A stretch of 52,759 nucleotides of DNA from Stramenopiles sp. TOSAG23-2 (taxonomy: Eukaryota): the NCBI GenBank assembly GCA_900128395.1, contig LT649262.1, positions 1 through 52,759 of the forward strand. The letters run 5' to 3'. The notes under the pieces were generated by a model. It made no database searches and was not told where the DNA came from. It worked only from the letters and a program-made list of their open reading frames with translations. Below are positions 1 through 11,639 of this stretch, piece after piece; the first letter of the stretch is position 1, and each line of letters begins with the position of its first letter. The position numbers were made by a program, and so were the translations under genes.

Positions 1-2
1 TT

Positions 3-1531
3 GATATTTTATTTTTTTGGGTTGCTCGTATGTCCATGATTTGCACAGAATTAACTTCTATTAATAATAATCTAGCAGCAGGATCGATAGAATCAATACC
101 TCCGTTTGAAAAAGTATTTTTGCACCCATTAGTACGTGATAAAGATGGAAAGAAAATGTCAAAAAGTTTAGGAAATGTGATTGATCCATTACATATTATT
201 AATGGTGTGTCTTTAAAGGAAATGATAAGCATATTGAAATCTGGCAATTTGGATAAAGCAGAGATAAAACGTGCTGAGAAAAATTTGAAAAAAGATTTTC
301 CAAAAGGAATTGATGCGTTAGGTGTTGATTCATTAAGATATGCATTAGCATCCTATTTAAAGCAAGGTAGGCAAATTAATATCGATATTCAACGCGTTAT
401 TACCGCAAGACAATTTTGCAATAAAATTTGGCATGCATCTAAATATGTAATTTCAAATGTAGATTTGGATAATCATGGTAATAATTATACTTCATCTTCA
501 TCATTAAATGCATCAAATTTAGAAAATCAATGGATATTAAACCGATTACATGATACAATACAGACATGTGAGGAAGGTTTTTCAACTTATAATTTTGCAT
601 TAGCCACGGATGCATTAAGAACCTTTTTTATTAATGATTTTTGCGATGTCTATTTAGAATTAACAAAAAAGTATTTAAATAGTAATGCTAACAATAATGA
701 TGATAGTACAGGAAATGTAATAGATCCGAAAATAAAATTAGAAACACAAAATGTATTAAAATACGTCTTAGATTCATCATTAAGAATGTTCCATCCTATC
801 ATACCATTTATTACGGAGGATTTATATGAAGTTTTACATCCGAATAGTNNNNNNNNNNNNNNNNNNNNNNNNNNNNNNNNNNNNNNNNNNNNNNNNNNNA
901 TAGTAATAATAGTAATGAGAATGAAAATAGTATTATGATGTCATCGTTTCCTACGACGAATGAATTGGAATCTTTTAAATCTGATGTAATTGAAAAAGAT
1001 ATGGATGTTGTTTTAAAATCCGTTCATGGTTTACGTTCATTACGCAATACTATGTTATCATTAGGAGTACAAGCAAGTTCATTATCCTTTTCCTTAAATG
1101 TTGCATCCGATAATAATAAAGATGGAACGTTATCCACGGAACAAATAAATATTATTAAATTTCTCAGTCGATTACCAAATTTAAATATTATATTAATACA
1201 TGAAAATGATTCAAATACAATGAATGATATATCTGATGATGGTTCGTTAAAATATGCCGTCAATGATAATATCAATTTAAATGTTACAGTCGATATGACT
1301 ATTGGTCCAGTGAAAGATAATTTGATCAAAGAAATTAATTTATTAACTAAACGTGAAAAAAAAATTAATAAACAAATTTCAAATTTTCATACTCGTATGT
1401 CACTTCAAGATTATAAAGATAAAGTTCCACAACATGTGCAAGAAAAAGATAGTAAAAAATTAGACGATTTAAAAGTTAAAATAATCGATGTGCAAAATTC
1501 ATTAGAAACATTAACACGATTGGTGAAGTGA
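3..1531 (+). CDS. VARS: Valyl-tRNA synthetase, C-terminal part (5'-partial; interrupted by assembly gap 849-899)
   Basis: Frame from nt 3 reads DILFFWVARM, then HPLVRDKDGKKMSKSLGNVIDP (class I KMSKS motif), FCNKIW, DFCDVYLE and LRMFHPIIPFITEDL. After the gap, ORF 935-1531 gives the C-terminal coiled coil (YKDKVPQHVQE). The frame change coincides with the N run, which sits in an AATAGT (Asn-Ser) repeat. Confidence 0.93.
849..899. other. Assembly gap (run of N)
   Basis: N run visible in the sequence, flanked by AATAGT low-complexity repeat. Confidence 0.99.
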
Positions 1532-1853
1532 AGTGTGTGCGGAAGAAAGAGTTAATAGAGAGGTGAGCGAGTTTTTCAAAATGTATATACCTTCCTTTAT
1601 ACCTACGATATATTATATATATATTTTTTTGTACAACCACGTGTGACGTATTAATAAAAGTTATTTTACACATAATGGTATTCACATGCTATATTAAATT
1701 ATATTGAACCCACCTCCGAGGTCCGTCATTATAACTAAAATAATATTACTAATTACATACAACATAAAAATATAGTTATATTAGATATATTTAAATAAGA
1801 ACAAGAAAATTGAAACGAAACAGACAAAATAAGAAAAGAATAACACAAACAAT

Positions 1854-2852
1854 ATGTCATCGAATAATGACAATAATAATAGAATGGCAATGCCACGTAT
1901 TGGATTTGGAACTTTTTTCTCAGATGAAAATAATATGAAGAAAATTAAAAACGCCATTGATGAATCTTTTGAAATTGGATATAATGCATATGATTGTGCT
2001 GAAATGTATCAATCAACTAAAGCAGTTGGGGAAAGAATTGCCACAAAACCTCGAGAATTACTTTGGATCACCTCAAAATTAATTGGCATTCCAAATGATA
2101 CTGATGATAATTATACAATTTTAAAAAAACGAGTAGAAGACCACTTGGAACAATTAGGAGGTTTAAAATATGTAGATTTACTTTTAATTCATTTTCCAGG
2201 GAAAAAAGAGATAGACCTTGGTGGTAGTACACCTGAAAAGGTAAAAGAAGATGCAACTTTTCAATGGTTTGATGAAAATATTGATCAAGGTTGGAAAAAC
2301 ATGGTTCGTCTACGTAAAGATGGATTATGTCGTAACATTGGAATATCCAACTTTTACCAGAAACACCTTGATAGGCTATTAAAGTGTCCCTCAGTTGATA
2401 TTACGAAGGAAGAAAATAATATGCCGTTTGCGAATGAAATTTATGTTGATCCAACACACCCAGAGTTCAATTTTGTTGAATATATGCAATCCTTAAAAAT
2501 CAAAGTAATTGCATATAGATCATTAGCATTTCTTCCTGTAATTCAAATGGCATCTCAAATGGGCGATGTAACATACTCAAAATTAGATGCATTAAAAGAG
2601 GAGGAAGGCCATAAATCAATTCATGAAACTATAATTAAATGGTTAATTTCGCGAGACATTTATGTATTAGTAAAATCAACATCAAAAGATCATTTATCTG
2701 CAAATTACTCTGCAGTAGCTGATACCGATGATGCTACTAAAGCAATGAATTACGATAAACAAATTTTTGGTCCAAGCGAAATGGTATTAACGTGTGGTGG
2801 GACAGATGAATATGCAGATGTCTTTAAAAGCATTTCTTTGGAGAAAGAATGA
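1854..2852 (+). CDS. Aldo-keto reductase family protein
   Basis: MPRIGFGTF, YDCAEMY (catalytic Asp/Tyr), LWITSK (Lys), DLLLIHFP (His), IGISNF, LVKST motifs. Confidence 0.9.
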   Translation: MSSNNDNNNRMAMPRIGFGTFFSDENNMKKIKNAIDESFEIGYNAYDCAEMYQSTKAVGERIATKPRELLWITSKLIGIPNDTDDNYTILKKRVEDHLEQLGGLKYVDLLLIHFPGKKEIDLGGSTPEKVKEDATFQWFDENIDQGWKNMVRLRKDGLCRNIGISNFYQKHLDRLLKCPSVDITKEENNMPFANEIYVDPTHPEFNFVEYMQSLKIKVIAYRSLAFLPVIQMASQMGDVTYSKLDALKEEEGHKSIHETIIKWLISRDIYVLVKSTSKDHLSANYSAVADTDDATKAMNYDKQIFGPSEMVLTCGGTDEYADVFKSISLEKE

Positions 2853-3110
2853 GAAATATATATATATACGTATTATGAAGCGCGTATTTTATTGTATACG
2901 CCCGTTGTACGTACAGACCTCGGACACAAATTTACATACTACATACTACATACCAAATATACTACTATACTATGATATATGATATATATACGAGTATGAA
3001 AATCGAAAATATCTTTTTTTATTTAAAATATTTTTTATTAAAATATTATATATGATGCGCATCATAAGATATTTTATTTTATAAATATATGTATATATAC
3101 GAAGTATAAA

Positions 3111-4016
3111 TTAAACTACGAACTTCTCTCGGCAACTCATAAGACTTGGGTTATCCATCCAGCGATAATCCAAGTATAAATGTGGATCTCCTCCATTATT
3201 AAAATGTTTATGAAATTCAACATACCAGGTTGTTAATTCTTTATTCTCCATATTACGACACTTATGACTGAACGTATTTCTAAACTGTTCCGTATAATTG
3301 CCTGTAGTAGAATAAATAAAGCAGTTCAGTGATTTGGTTTCCTCAGGATCATAATCTTTATCCAAAGTTATATTTGTTCCATTAATAGTGCATTGATCAA
3401 GTGTATGTTTTTTTAGCTCTAAACATTTATTAACGCATTGATGCTCGATTTTCTCCACAGTTTTTATTTCATTCGTTTTCACATGAATATCAAAATTGAT
3501 GCTAACAATATATGCAATAAATAGTAGTACAACGCAAATCAATTTAGATCCCAACCATAATTTTCTTTCTTTTTTCATCTTTTTTTTTATACTAGGATCC
3601 GACACTTTATTCTTCTTCGATGCTTTTTTCATCGTGTTTCTAAAAGTATTTTCTAATATCCATGGGATAACTATTGTATATATTAAGCAAGTCGAATTTA
3701 CAGTGTATGGTTTATCATCTAAATATTTATCTAGAGATATTGTAGTATACAATAACAATGTTGGAATACCATAGAAAAGGAATAAAATGGCTACAATGAT
3801 TACGTGATGAAGAATTGTTTCAACTAAAGTTCTTTTTTGTGTATCGTTTCCCCCCCCCTTTACTTTACTATTTTTATTATTATTACTCTTAGACGATGGT
3901 ACATATAATGGATTCATTTGAATATTTTTATCCATTTCAATTGAAAATGGTTGCATGCCTATTTGTTGTTGTTGTCGTTGTAGTATATTTTCATTTTTCA
4001 CAATTTCTTGTTTCAT
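3111..4016 (-). CDS. Hypothetical membrane protein (about 3 TM segments, Cys-containing C-terminal domain)
   Basis: 301-aa ORF with hydrophobic stretches (ILHHVIIVAILFLFYGIPTLLLY; CLIYTIVIPWIL; LICVVLLFIAYIVSI) followed by a domain with several Cys and N-x-T sequons. No family recognised. Confidence 0.7.
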   Translation of the reverse strand: MKQEIVKNENILQRQQQQIGMQPFSIEMDKNIQMNPLYVPSSKSNNNKNSKVKGGGNDTQKRTLVETILHHVIIVAILFLFYGIPTLLLYTTISLDKYLDDKPYTVNSTCLIYTIVIPWILENTFRNTMKKASKKNKVSDPSIKKKMKKERKLWLGSKLICVVLLFIAYIVSINFDIHVKTNEIKTVEKIEHQCVNKCLELKKHTLDQCTINGTNITLDKDYDPEETKSLNCFIYSTTGNYTEQFRNTFSHKCRNMENKELTTWYVEFHKHFNNGGDPHLYLDYRWMDNPSLMSCREKFVV

Positions 4017-4502
4017 TTTTAATCTTTTTTAATATTGCTTCTTTCTGTTCTTCTCTTTACTATTATTAAATTAATAAAGAAAACAAACAAATATATATAC
4101 ATATAAAAAACGAATGCACTGGTAATAAGAGATATAAATATTTTATATAATATCGTCTATATAAGACAAATTAGTATTTTTCTGTATTTTTATACATGTA
4201 TATCTAATTTTTTATCGGGGGCCTTGTATATATAAATAGCAGCTAAATAGCATTACCAGAGGATTACCAAAAAAATCGTTTTTAATATTTTGTTTGGACA
4301 CATTTTTTAAAGATAAATTAACATTATAAAAAAAGTAAAATAAAATACATATCTCTCTGTCTCTAATATCGAACACACATACATACGTATATCATATTAA
4401 TGTGTGTCTCTAGTGTTCTCCTTTCCCTCACGCATCATTTTTTATATATATACCATCTCTCTAGACATAAAAAAAATATATTTTTTTTTCCTTTCTACCT
4501 TT

Positions 4503-5816
4503 TTAAACTTTTGGTAATTTATCAATACCACCTAATATATTTGCACTATTTGGTCTACTACCACCTTTTGGTTTGATTGGAAATGTTTTTGAATATAATA
4601 AACTAATAACTCTTTCTTGTGATAATAATAATTCCATAACACGTTCCCTATCTGCAACAGTAAATTCACTTAATGGTATATCTTGCCCACCACGTGATTC
4701 TCTTGATTGCGGTCGACTACTACGTCCACTTGAGCGACTATTTGGCCTTGATCCTTGATTTGAACTTTGCTCTATTAAATCAGCACGACGTTTACCAATT
4801 TCATTCCTAACATCATTTACACATTCCCGTAATAAAGCTTCTAATGCTGTACGTTCATGTATCTCTCGTTCATATTGCATCCTAGCTCGACGTAAATTTT
4901 TCCTCTCGCGTTCTAATAAAGATTTCATACGTGCTATGATATTTTTATATTTCAACTCATCAAATCCATTACTATTGGAGTTATTATCATCTTTTTGTCC
5001 AATATTGCCACTATTCGAGTTCATCATATTAGTGGATGAAGAATCTGAATACATTTGTTTTTCTTTTGCTTCTTTTTTTAATTCCTCATTTTCTTGTGAC
5101 ATACGTTGCGTTTCTTGTCTTAAACGTTCATTATCTTTTCGAACAGCTACTAATTCTTTAATTAAAAATTCACGATCGTCTTCTTGTGTTTTAAATTGCG
5201 CTTTTAACGTTGCATTGTCTTGCGTTAATTGCTGATTTACACGCTCTAAACGATCTGCCATTTCCTTCGCCCATTCTAAATCCTTTTCTAATTGACGATT
5301 TTTTTCTATCCATAAAGATGCACCTTCTTCACTTTTACTTTTTTCTTTTTCCAACTCATTTTGTACATCAAACAAACGTGCCCGGAATGCACGTAATAAA
5401 TCTCTCTCTTGCTCTTGCAATATGCGAGACGTTGTTGTTTGAACATTATCGACATTTTTCATTATTTGTGCATGCATTTCTTTTACAATTTTCATGCGTT
5501 TATCACCACCGATGATTTGTTTATTACCTGCTTTTAAAGCTTCCAACTCCCGTTGTAAACCATCAATTTCTTGTTTATCCTTACGTTCACGCATGACATA
5601 ACTTTCTTGACGTCGTTTGACATCTTTTTCCAATAAATTAACTTTTGCTCTTAATCCACTAATCATACCATCTTCCTCTGCATTGTTTCTACTATCTCTC
5701 CCAATTGGTGATGTTACTGTTTTTCGTTTTGTACTTTTATTATTATCATTATTATTTTCTTTCTTTGCTTCTTTTTTTAAACTATCAATTTTTTTTTTCA
5801 TAAATGCTTCCGCCAT
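4503..5816 (-). CDS. Long coiled-coil protein of unknown function
   Basis: E/K/R/Q-rich heptad pattern over most of the ORF. The likely start is ATG at 5816 (MAEAF); the ORF-track extension to 5855 is TA/ATT low-complexity sequence. Confidence 0.8.
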   Translation of the reverse strand: MAEAFMKKKIDSLKKEAKKENNNDNNKSTKRKTVTSPIGRDSRNNAEEDGMISGLRAKVNLLEKDVKRRQESYVMRERKDKQEIDGLQRELEALKAGNKQIIGGDKRMKIVKEMHAQIMKNVDNVQTTTSRILQEQERDLLRAFRARLFDVQNELEKEKSKSEEGASLWIEKNRQLEKDLEWAKEMADRLERVNQQLTQDNATLKAQFKTQEDDREFLIKELVAVRKDNERLRQETQRMSQENEELKKEAKEKQMYSDSSSTNMMNSNSGNIGQKDDNNSNSNGFDELKYKNIIARMKSLLERERKNLRRARMQYEREIHERTALEALLRECVNDVRNEIGKRRADLIEQSSNQGSRPNSRSSGRSSRPQSRESRGGQDIPLSEFTVADRERVMELLLSQERVISLLYSKTFPIKPKGGSRPNSANILGGIDKLPKV

Positions 5817-5822
5817 TTTTTT

Positions 5823-5855
<33 letters not shown>

Positions 5856-7357
5856 TACTCAATATTCAAATATATGCAATGATATGTATCAATAATTTTG
5901 AAACAATTGTATATATAATATATAATATTCTGTCTACGTTTGTTATTCCTAAATACAATCTTCTATTGTGTATGTTGTTTGTTGATTCACTTAGGCACTT
6001 AACAATAAATGATTTTTATAATAAATTATGCAACGGTTTTATTATGCAGCACTCTTGGCAGCCGAGAGAGGCCTTTTGATGGCTTTTCGCGTGTTGTGAT
6101 CTTCCATTTCTGTCTGGATACATACGAAAAGAATAATATAATACAAAATCTGATAGGGATATAGCCTATTGATATAATGCCATAGTGTATCGTTTTAAAG
6201 CTAGTGACCGGGATCGAAGTCAACAAAAAATGCTTCACACGATTACGATGAGCGATGAGTGCTGGCGAGCCTGGAGTGGCTAGTATGGACATACCATTAA
6301 AATTCCATTATTTTGAAGTTACCAAAATGACTATTTAGAGTCGGATGGTAATAATAATATCCGATAATTAATAATTAGTGACCACGTTAAGTGTATCCAT
6401 TCGATGATTATTTTTGGGTGATAATAATTCTGAAATTGTAGCGAGTTTTTTTTTAAGCCATCTAAAATTCTGCCTTAAAATATTAGAATATGTGTTGCTA
6501 GCAAATGACGAGTAAGATTTTATACTTGAAGAGGATATTAGAATACCAATCCAAAGCACATCAAAGCACGCCAAATGGGTGATGCTGATTTTTTTGTTAT
6601 CAATAATCGTTATTATTTTTAATTCTATTCCCATGCTAAGGCATGCTAAAATTGACTCTCAAACGGTGAATGCAAATGTTTTGATAATTATGCTGGTATT
6701 GCATGTAGTGAACAACAAGTTTTGCGATAGAAGATCTTTTGTATTGATTGCATGTGTATTTATATATGTATGTGTGTGTATGTATTGAGAAAATTACTTA
6801 TAAAAGAAAAAGAATGATGCTTTTTTTTTGTGATGATGAAGCTGTATAAATCTAGAATAAAATATCAAAGTTTTTTTATATTTTTTATATAATAAAATAA
6901 TTTATTTAATTAATAGTAAAATAATAAAAGTACATCTGAACAGCAGGTAGCTAAGATAGATGCTTAGCAAAATTCCATATTTTAGTCATAATTTAATGAA
7001 TGGATTTTATAGCTATAAAAATATCATCAAACTACCTCTTATTTTTTACAAAATATGAATATCAAATAAATCTATTACAATTGTTTACTATGTAAAACAA
7101 CAGACCTCTCTTGTTTTGTAGTATAAATCTTGTACAAATAGTTTATCGGATATATTTAATATACTCTTATCACCACATGCACCAATTATAGTGCAAAAAA
7201 AAAAAAAAGAAAGGCGGTAGGTAGTTAACAAAAATATAACAATTGATAGATATTTACATGTGTATGACGACAAGTTGTAGTAACAAATAAAACGAAAAAA
7301 TAATAAAGGTGACAGATATTTAACAAACAGTACAAGAGAAGAATAGCTCATCGCTCG

Positions 7358-10083
7358 TTGGTACTTCCGGATCCTAACAAGTATCAAGCAATTTTGGGGG
7401 GAAATTATAATCAAAACAATCAAAACAATAATAATAGTGAGGATGGCATCGAGCATAAGATGACTGAAACTGAACGACTCATAGCTCAGGCTGGTGGAAC
7501 ATTTCATAAAACTCGGGGTAATAATTCGCGTAATAATAGTAGTAACAACGGATATTATCAACGAAGTGGGTCGGGTTTTATTCCGCCACGTTCAAGTCGA
7601 ATGCAATCCTCAGGTAGTATGGTTCCAAATAGTCGTGTGAAAAAAAGAAAAGTAAAAGGTTCAAAACGTGCAAGTCAAATGGGGAGAAATAATAATCGAA
7701 ACAATCAAAACAATAATAATAGTGAGGATGGTATCGAGCATAAGATGACTGAAGTTGAACGGGGTAATAATTCGCGTAATATTTGGAACCATATTAGTAA
7801 CATTAGTAACGAGGGATATTATCAAAGAAGTGCTTTGAGTTTTATTCCGCCACGTTCAAGTCGAACACAATCCTCCGGTAGTATAGTTCCAAGACAAAGA
7901 AATTCTGAAGAAAAATTTAGAAACAACAATAGACGCAATTTTGATCGAAATAGTCCATTGAGTCATTCTATGACTGACAACTATGATGCTGATTCACAAA
8001 GATCTAGTAACTCGCGGAAAAGACGTGCAAAAAAGAACAATAGCAGCCCAACGCATGTTCGAAATCATAATAATCACAACAATAATTATTTTTTCCGTCG
8101 TCAAAACCTACCTCGGCAAGCGAGAAAAAAACAGAAAAAAAAACGCACACCAGACGTAGTTGATTTATTAAGTGATGATGATGATGTAGATAATGGTAAA
8201 AGCGGTAGTAATACCAGCAGTAATGTAAACGAGAAGAAAGACCTATCGCCATTAAAATTATCAAGATTAGGTGCAGGTGGCAAATTACAGTGGTTTGAAT
8301 ATGTCTTATTTGGAGAGTATGTTGTTGCATCAAATGACATTGAGTTAAGATTTGCCCCTGAAGGCCTTTTTATTGCGATAAAGTCACGAGCACTTCATCA
8401 ACATAGCGATTTTTCCTTTACCATTGGAGTTGACGATATAAATGCCTGGACTTACGGGGATGAAAAAGCGCCGAGAATCGGAGGCTTAAGTCGAATTATT
8501 CAGATAACCTTGAACGAAAATCAGCAAGCATGGAATAAATTACAAACTCTTGACACAATCTTCAAAAGTAAATTTCCGATGTATAATAATAATTCTATTT
8601 TCATTATTGTTGAAAACGAACATTTCCGACAATTTGAACATCAAATTGAATCGTATAAAATACATGGGAGTGAGTTATCGCAAATGATTGAAACTAATGC
8701 ATACTGGAAAAATGTTGAGATTATTGAAGAGGACACTGTGAATTGTTTAGGTAGCGGCATTAATAAATATGTTCAAGTTGCTAATAATAGACCTACAAAT
8801 ACAAAAAGAAACATTACTTCTATGATGGATGGTGAAAGACGACGTAGTCCAAGAATAAACGTTGATGGTGGTAGTAGTGGTAGCAGCAGCAATAATAATA
8901 ATAACAATAATAACAGTAGCAGCAGTAATAGTAACAGTAGCAGTATCGCTTCGCGTACTCGTCGCAATCGTCATCGAAGGACTTCAGGTCCCGCAAAGCC
9001 TCTCTTTACGTATCCATTTCATCCAGAGAAACCGCGTGTAACTATAACTGATCATGATCGAAATCGATGTGAAGATGATTTTCTTAACGATAATCTTATT
9101 GATTTTTCATTGATGCGTCTTTCGAAAGAAAAATATCTGATTGAGGAAAAAGACCTTTATATTTTCTCTTCGTTTTTTTACAAACGCTATATTCAAGGAA
9201 AGAGCAACTACCGTTCAAACAAACATTATGATAATACTATTAAAAGTAGAGAGGATCTTGCCTATTCGTATGTTGAGAAATGGACGAAGAATATTGATAT
9301 ATTCCAATGCAAATATCTTTTAATTCCAGTAAATAAAGATATTCATTGGAGTTTGCTTATTGTATGTAATCCAGATAAAATTAATGTTCCAAAGGGTACA
9401 GCAGAAGATGATGATGACTACTTTTGTATTTATCATTTGGATTCATTAGGTTGTCATAATACAAAAGCATTAACGATGAATATCTATACGTATCTTAAAA
9501 AAGCATGGAAAGTTATGAAAAAAAAGAAAGATGCTGATAAGAAAAAAGAAGGTGATACAAATAACAATGACGAGAAGAAAGAAGGCTTTGCAAGACTTAA
9601 ATTTGATAAAGTCAAAGGTATTCCAAAACAAGCAAATTCTACTGACTGTGGTGTATTTGTTACATTGTATGCAGAACATTTTTTAAAATATCTTCTTGCA
9701 AGTGGGAAAAATATAGGAACCGTCACTAGAAGAATGTTCATTGAAAAGCAATACGATAAAATTTTTGGAATGAAATTTAGAGAGCGAGGCAATAATTTCT
9801 ATCCATGGTTTAATTCTTCCAGATCAACGAAAGAAAGGTTTGCTCTTAAACGATTAATCGATGATAAAGAAGAACTTTATAACAATATTGGAAAACTTGA
9901 AAGGGACAAAGTAAAATATAAAGCATTAAAAAAGAAAGATAAAGAAAGTAATGACACATCTAGTTCTAGCGGTATAAACGAAAAGGCAAATGATGTAGAT
10001 AATGGTGGCAGTAATAAACATATAGGAAATGATGGTGCTATGTCATCAACTACGACGGCACCCACAACAACAACGAGAGCTAG

Positions 10084-10116
<33 letters not shown>

Positions 10117-10582
10117 CAGCAGCAACACTGCTCAGACAAATGTGGTATTGCCTGCAAACGAGACAGCAAATAACGCAGTCGAACCAAGATCGAGAACTTT
10201 TATAAGGCGATATACAAATCACGACGATGATGATGATGATGATGACGACGACGACGAAGAAAATAATGAGGTCGAAGAAGGAGCTAAAAATAATAGTATC
10301 GCACATGACGAGGGGGATGGTTCAGACACAGAAAATGAGTCGGATGAAATCGAGAATAATGATATTGATCAACAAAATGCACTTGGAGAAAAAGGCGGAG
10401 ACAATTATGATGATACTCAAAAAGTATCTTCAAGTGAGGAAGAAAGCGATGCTGATGATGCTGATCTTGTAGAGGAGACAAAAGGAGAAGAAAGTCCAGG
10501 TTTATTTAGTCAGGCAGTTAGCAACGTTGGTAATGCTATGAATGCGGTGAAAGGTGCAATGAAGAGGACTTTTGATTTTTGA
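7358..10582 (+). CDS. Ulp1-family (peptidase C48) SUMO protease, Ulp2/SENP6-7-like; copy 1
   Basis: FLNDNLIDF, YIFSSFFY, KWTKNIDIF..YLLIPVN, catalytic DIHWSL (His), HLDSLG (Asp), QANSTDCG (Gln/Cys). It has a long disordered N-terminus with SIM-like VVDLLSDDDD. The ORF track starts at TTG 7358; the first in-frame ATG is 7460. Confidence 0.9.
7411..7891 (+). repeat. Imperfect internal tandem duplication (about 264-285 bp period) in the 5' coding region of SUMO protease copy 1
   Basis: NNQNNNNSEDGIEHKMTE is encoded at about 7411 and about 7696. GYYQRS..FIPPRSSR.QSSGS.VP is encoded twice (CCACGTTCAAGTCGAA at 7586 and 7850). Confidence 0.9.
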
Positions 10583-10863
10583 AAAGGATTTATCATATTT
10601 TGATACGTACCATACGTACGACTCGTATGCCTACGAGTATCATAAAAAATATTTTCATCGCATGTAAAATAAAATGTACGAAGCGTTCGTATATATTTTT
10701 CCTATAGATATATAATATATAATGTACGAGTATATTTGTAGTGTGAGATTAGTTTATGTGTTTCCTTTACTTGCATTTTTAAGTTGTCATATTTTTTACA
10801 TTTTACACTTTACACTGCTGCTGGATAAATAAATATTTTTAATTCCAGTTAAAGTTTTTGTGT

Positions 10864-11181
10864 TTACTTGTAAGTTTCATTCACAGAAACTTTATTATTT
10901 TTATTCTTCGCTTGATTCAAAATAGCCTGTAATTGTTGATTTTGATATTCGGTATGTTTTGTGTATTGATTTTGTTGACGAGATCTTAATAATTCCCCTT
11001 GCGAACCTAGATTTTGCTGCGATTTACCAATAGCCCATTGCATAATATTATATCCGACTACAATTGGTATTGAAAAATATACTACAAACATTACACGTTG
11101 ACCATTTTTTGACAATGGAATTCTAAAATTATGAATTCTTTTTTTCAATCTTTCATGTTTTTCCGCTAAATTCGAAAACAT
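10864..11181 (-). CDS. Small single-TM protein of unknown function (copy 1)
   Basis: 105-aa ATG-initiated ORF with a basic N-terminus (HERLKKRIHNFRIPLS), one hydrophobic helix (VMFVVYFSIPIVVGYNIMQWAIG) and a Gln-rich helical tail. Confidence 0.7.
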   Translation of the reverse strand: MFSNLAEKHERLKKRIHNFRIPLSKNGQRVMFVVYFSIPIVVGYNIMQWAIGKSQQNLGSQGELLRSRQQNQYTKHTEYQNQQLQAILNQAKNKNNKVSVNETYK

Positions 11182-11639
11182 GTTCGAATATCTGTATATG
11201 TGTGCGCAGCGAAAATAAATACTAGTTATCTATATATGGTAGTATATATAACTGAAATTATGTGATTGCTGATACTAAATGAGATACATATATATATATA
11301 TATATATGCAATTTGATGGAATGTTCTTCTTCTTCGTACATCGTACATATATAATTAATATAGACGAAGTACATTTAAATGAAATCGAACAATTTTTTTT
11401 ATTACTACTTTTTTGCTTCTTCTTCAGTCGAAATAAAATATAATAATTGTTGGATAATCCCTTAATTGTTTGTGCCTAGAGGGATCCGTGCCAGAAAATT
11501 GATTTTTTTTGAAAAAAGATTCAATAATAAAAAAAAGGAGACATGTACACGGGAATGTACAGAATATATCTATCGTGTGATAAGATACAACAACAAATAT
11601 ATTGTGCAAAAATTAATACTACAATAATATCGAAATATT

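Noticed and set aside
849-938. Apparent frameshift or split in valyl-tRNA synthetase (two ORFs)
   Set aside because: The frame change coincides with an N gap of estimated length inside a microsatellite-like tract, so it is an assembly artefact rather than recoding or pseudogenisation.
6066-6230. U2-like GGCCTTTTG..GGCT and tRNA-like TTCGATCCC (minus strand)
   Set aside because: There is no GTGTAGTA branch-pairing sequence or Sm site, and no T-stem or cloverleaf can be formed.
8747-10481. Short antisense or alternate-frame ORFs rich in poly-Leu/Val/Ile/Met (also within TOP3A and the bromodomain gene)
   Set aside because: These are shadows of trinucleotide repeats within real genes.
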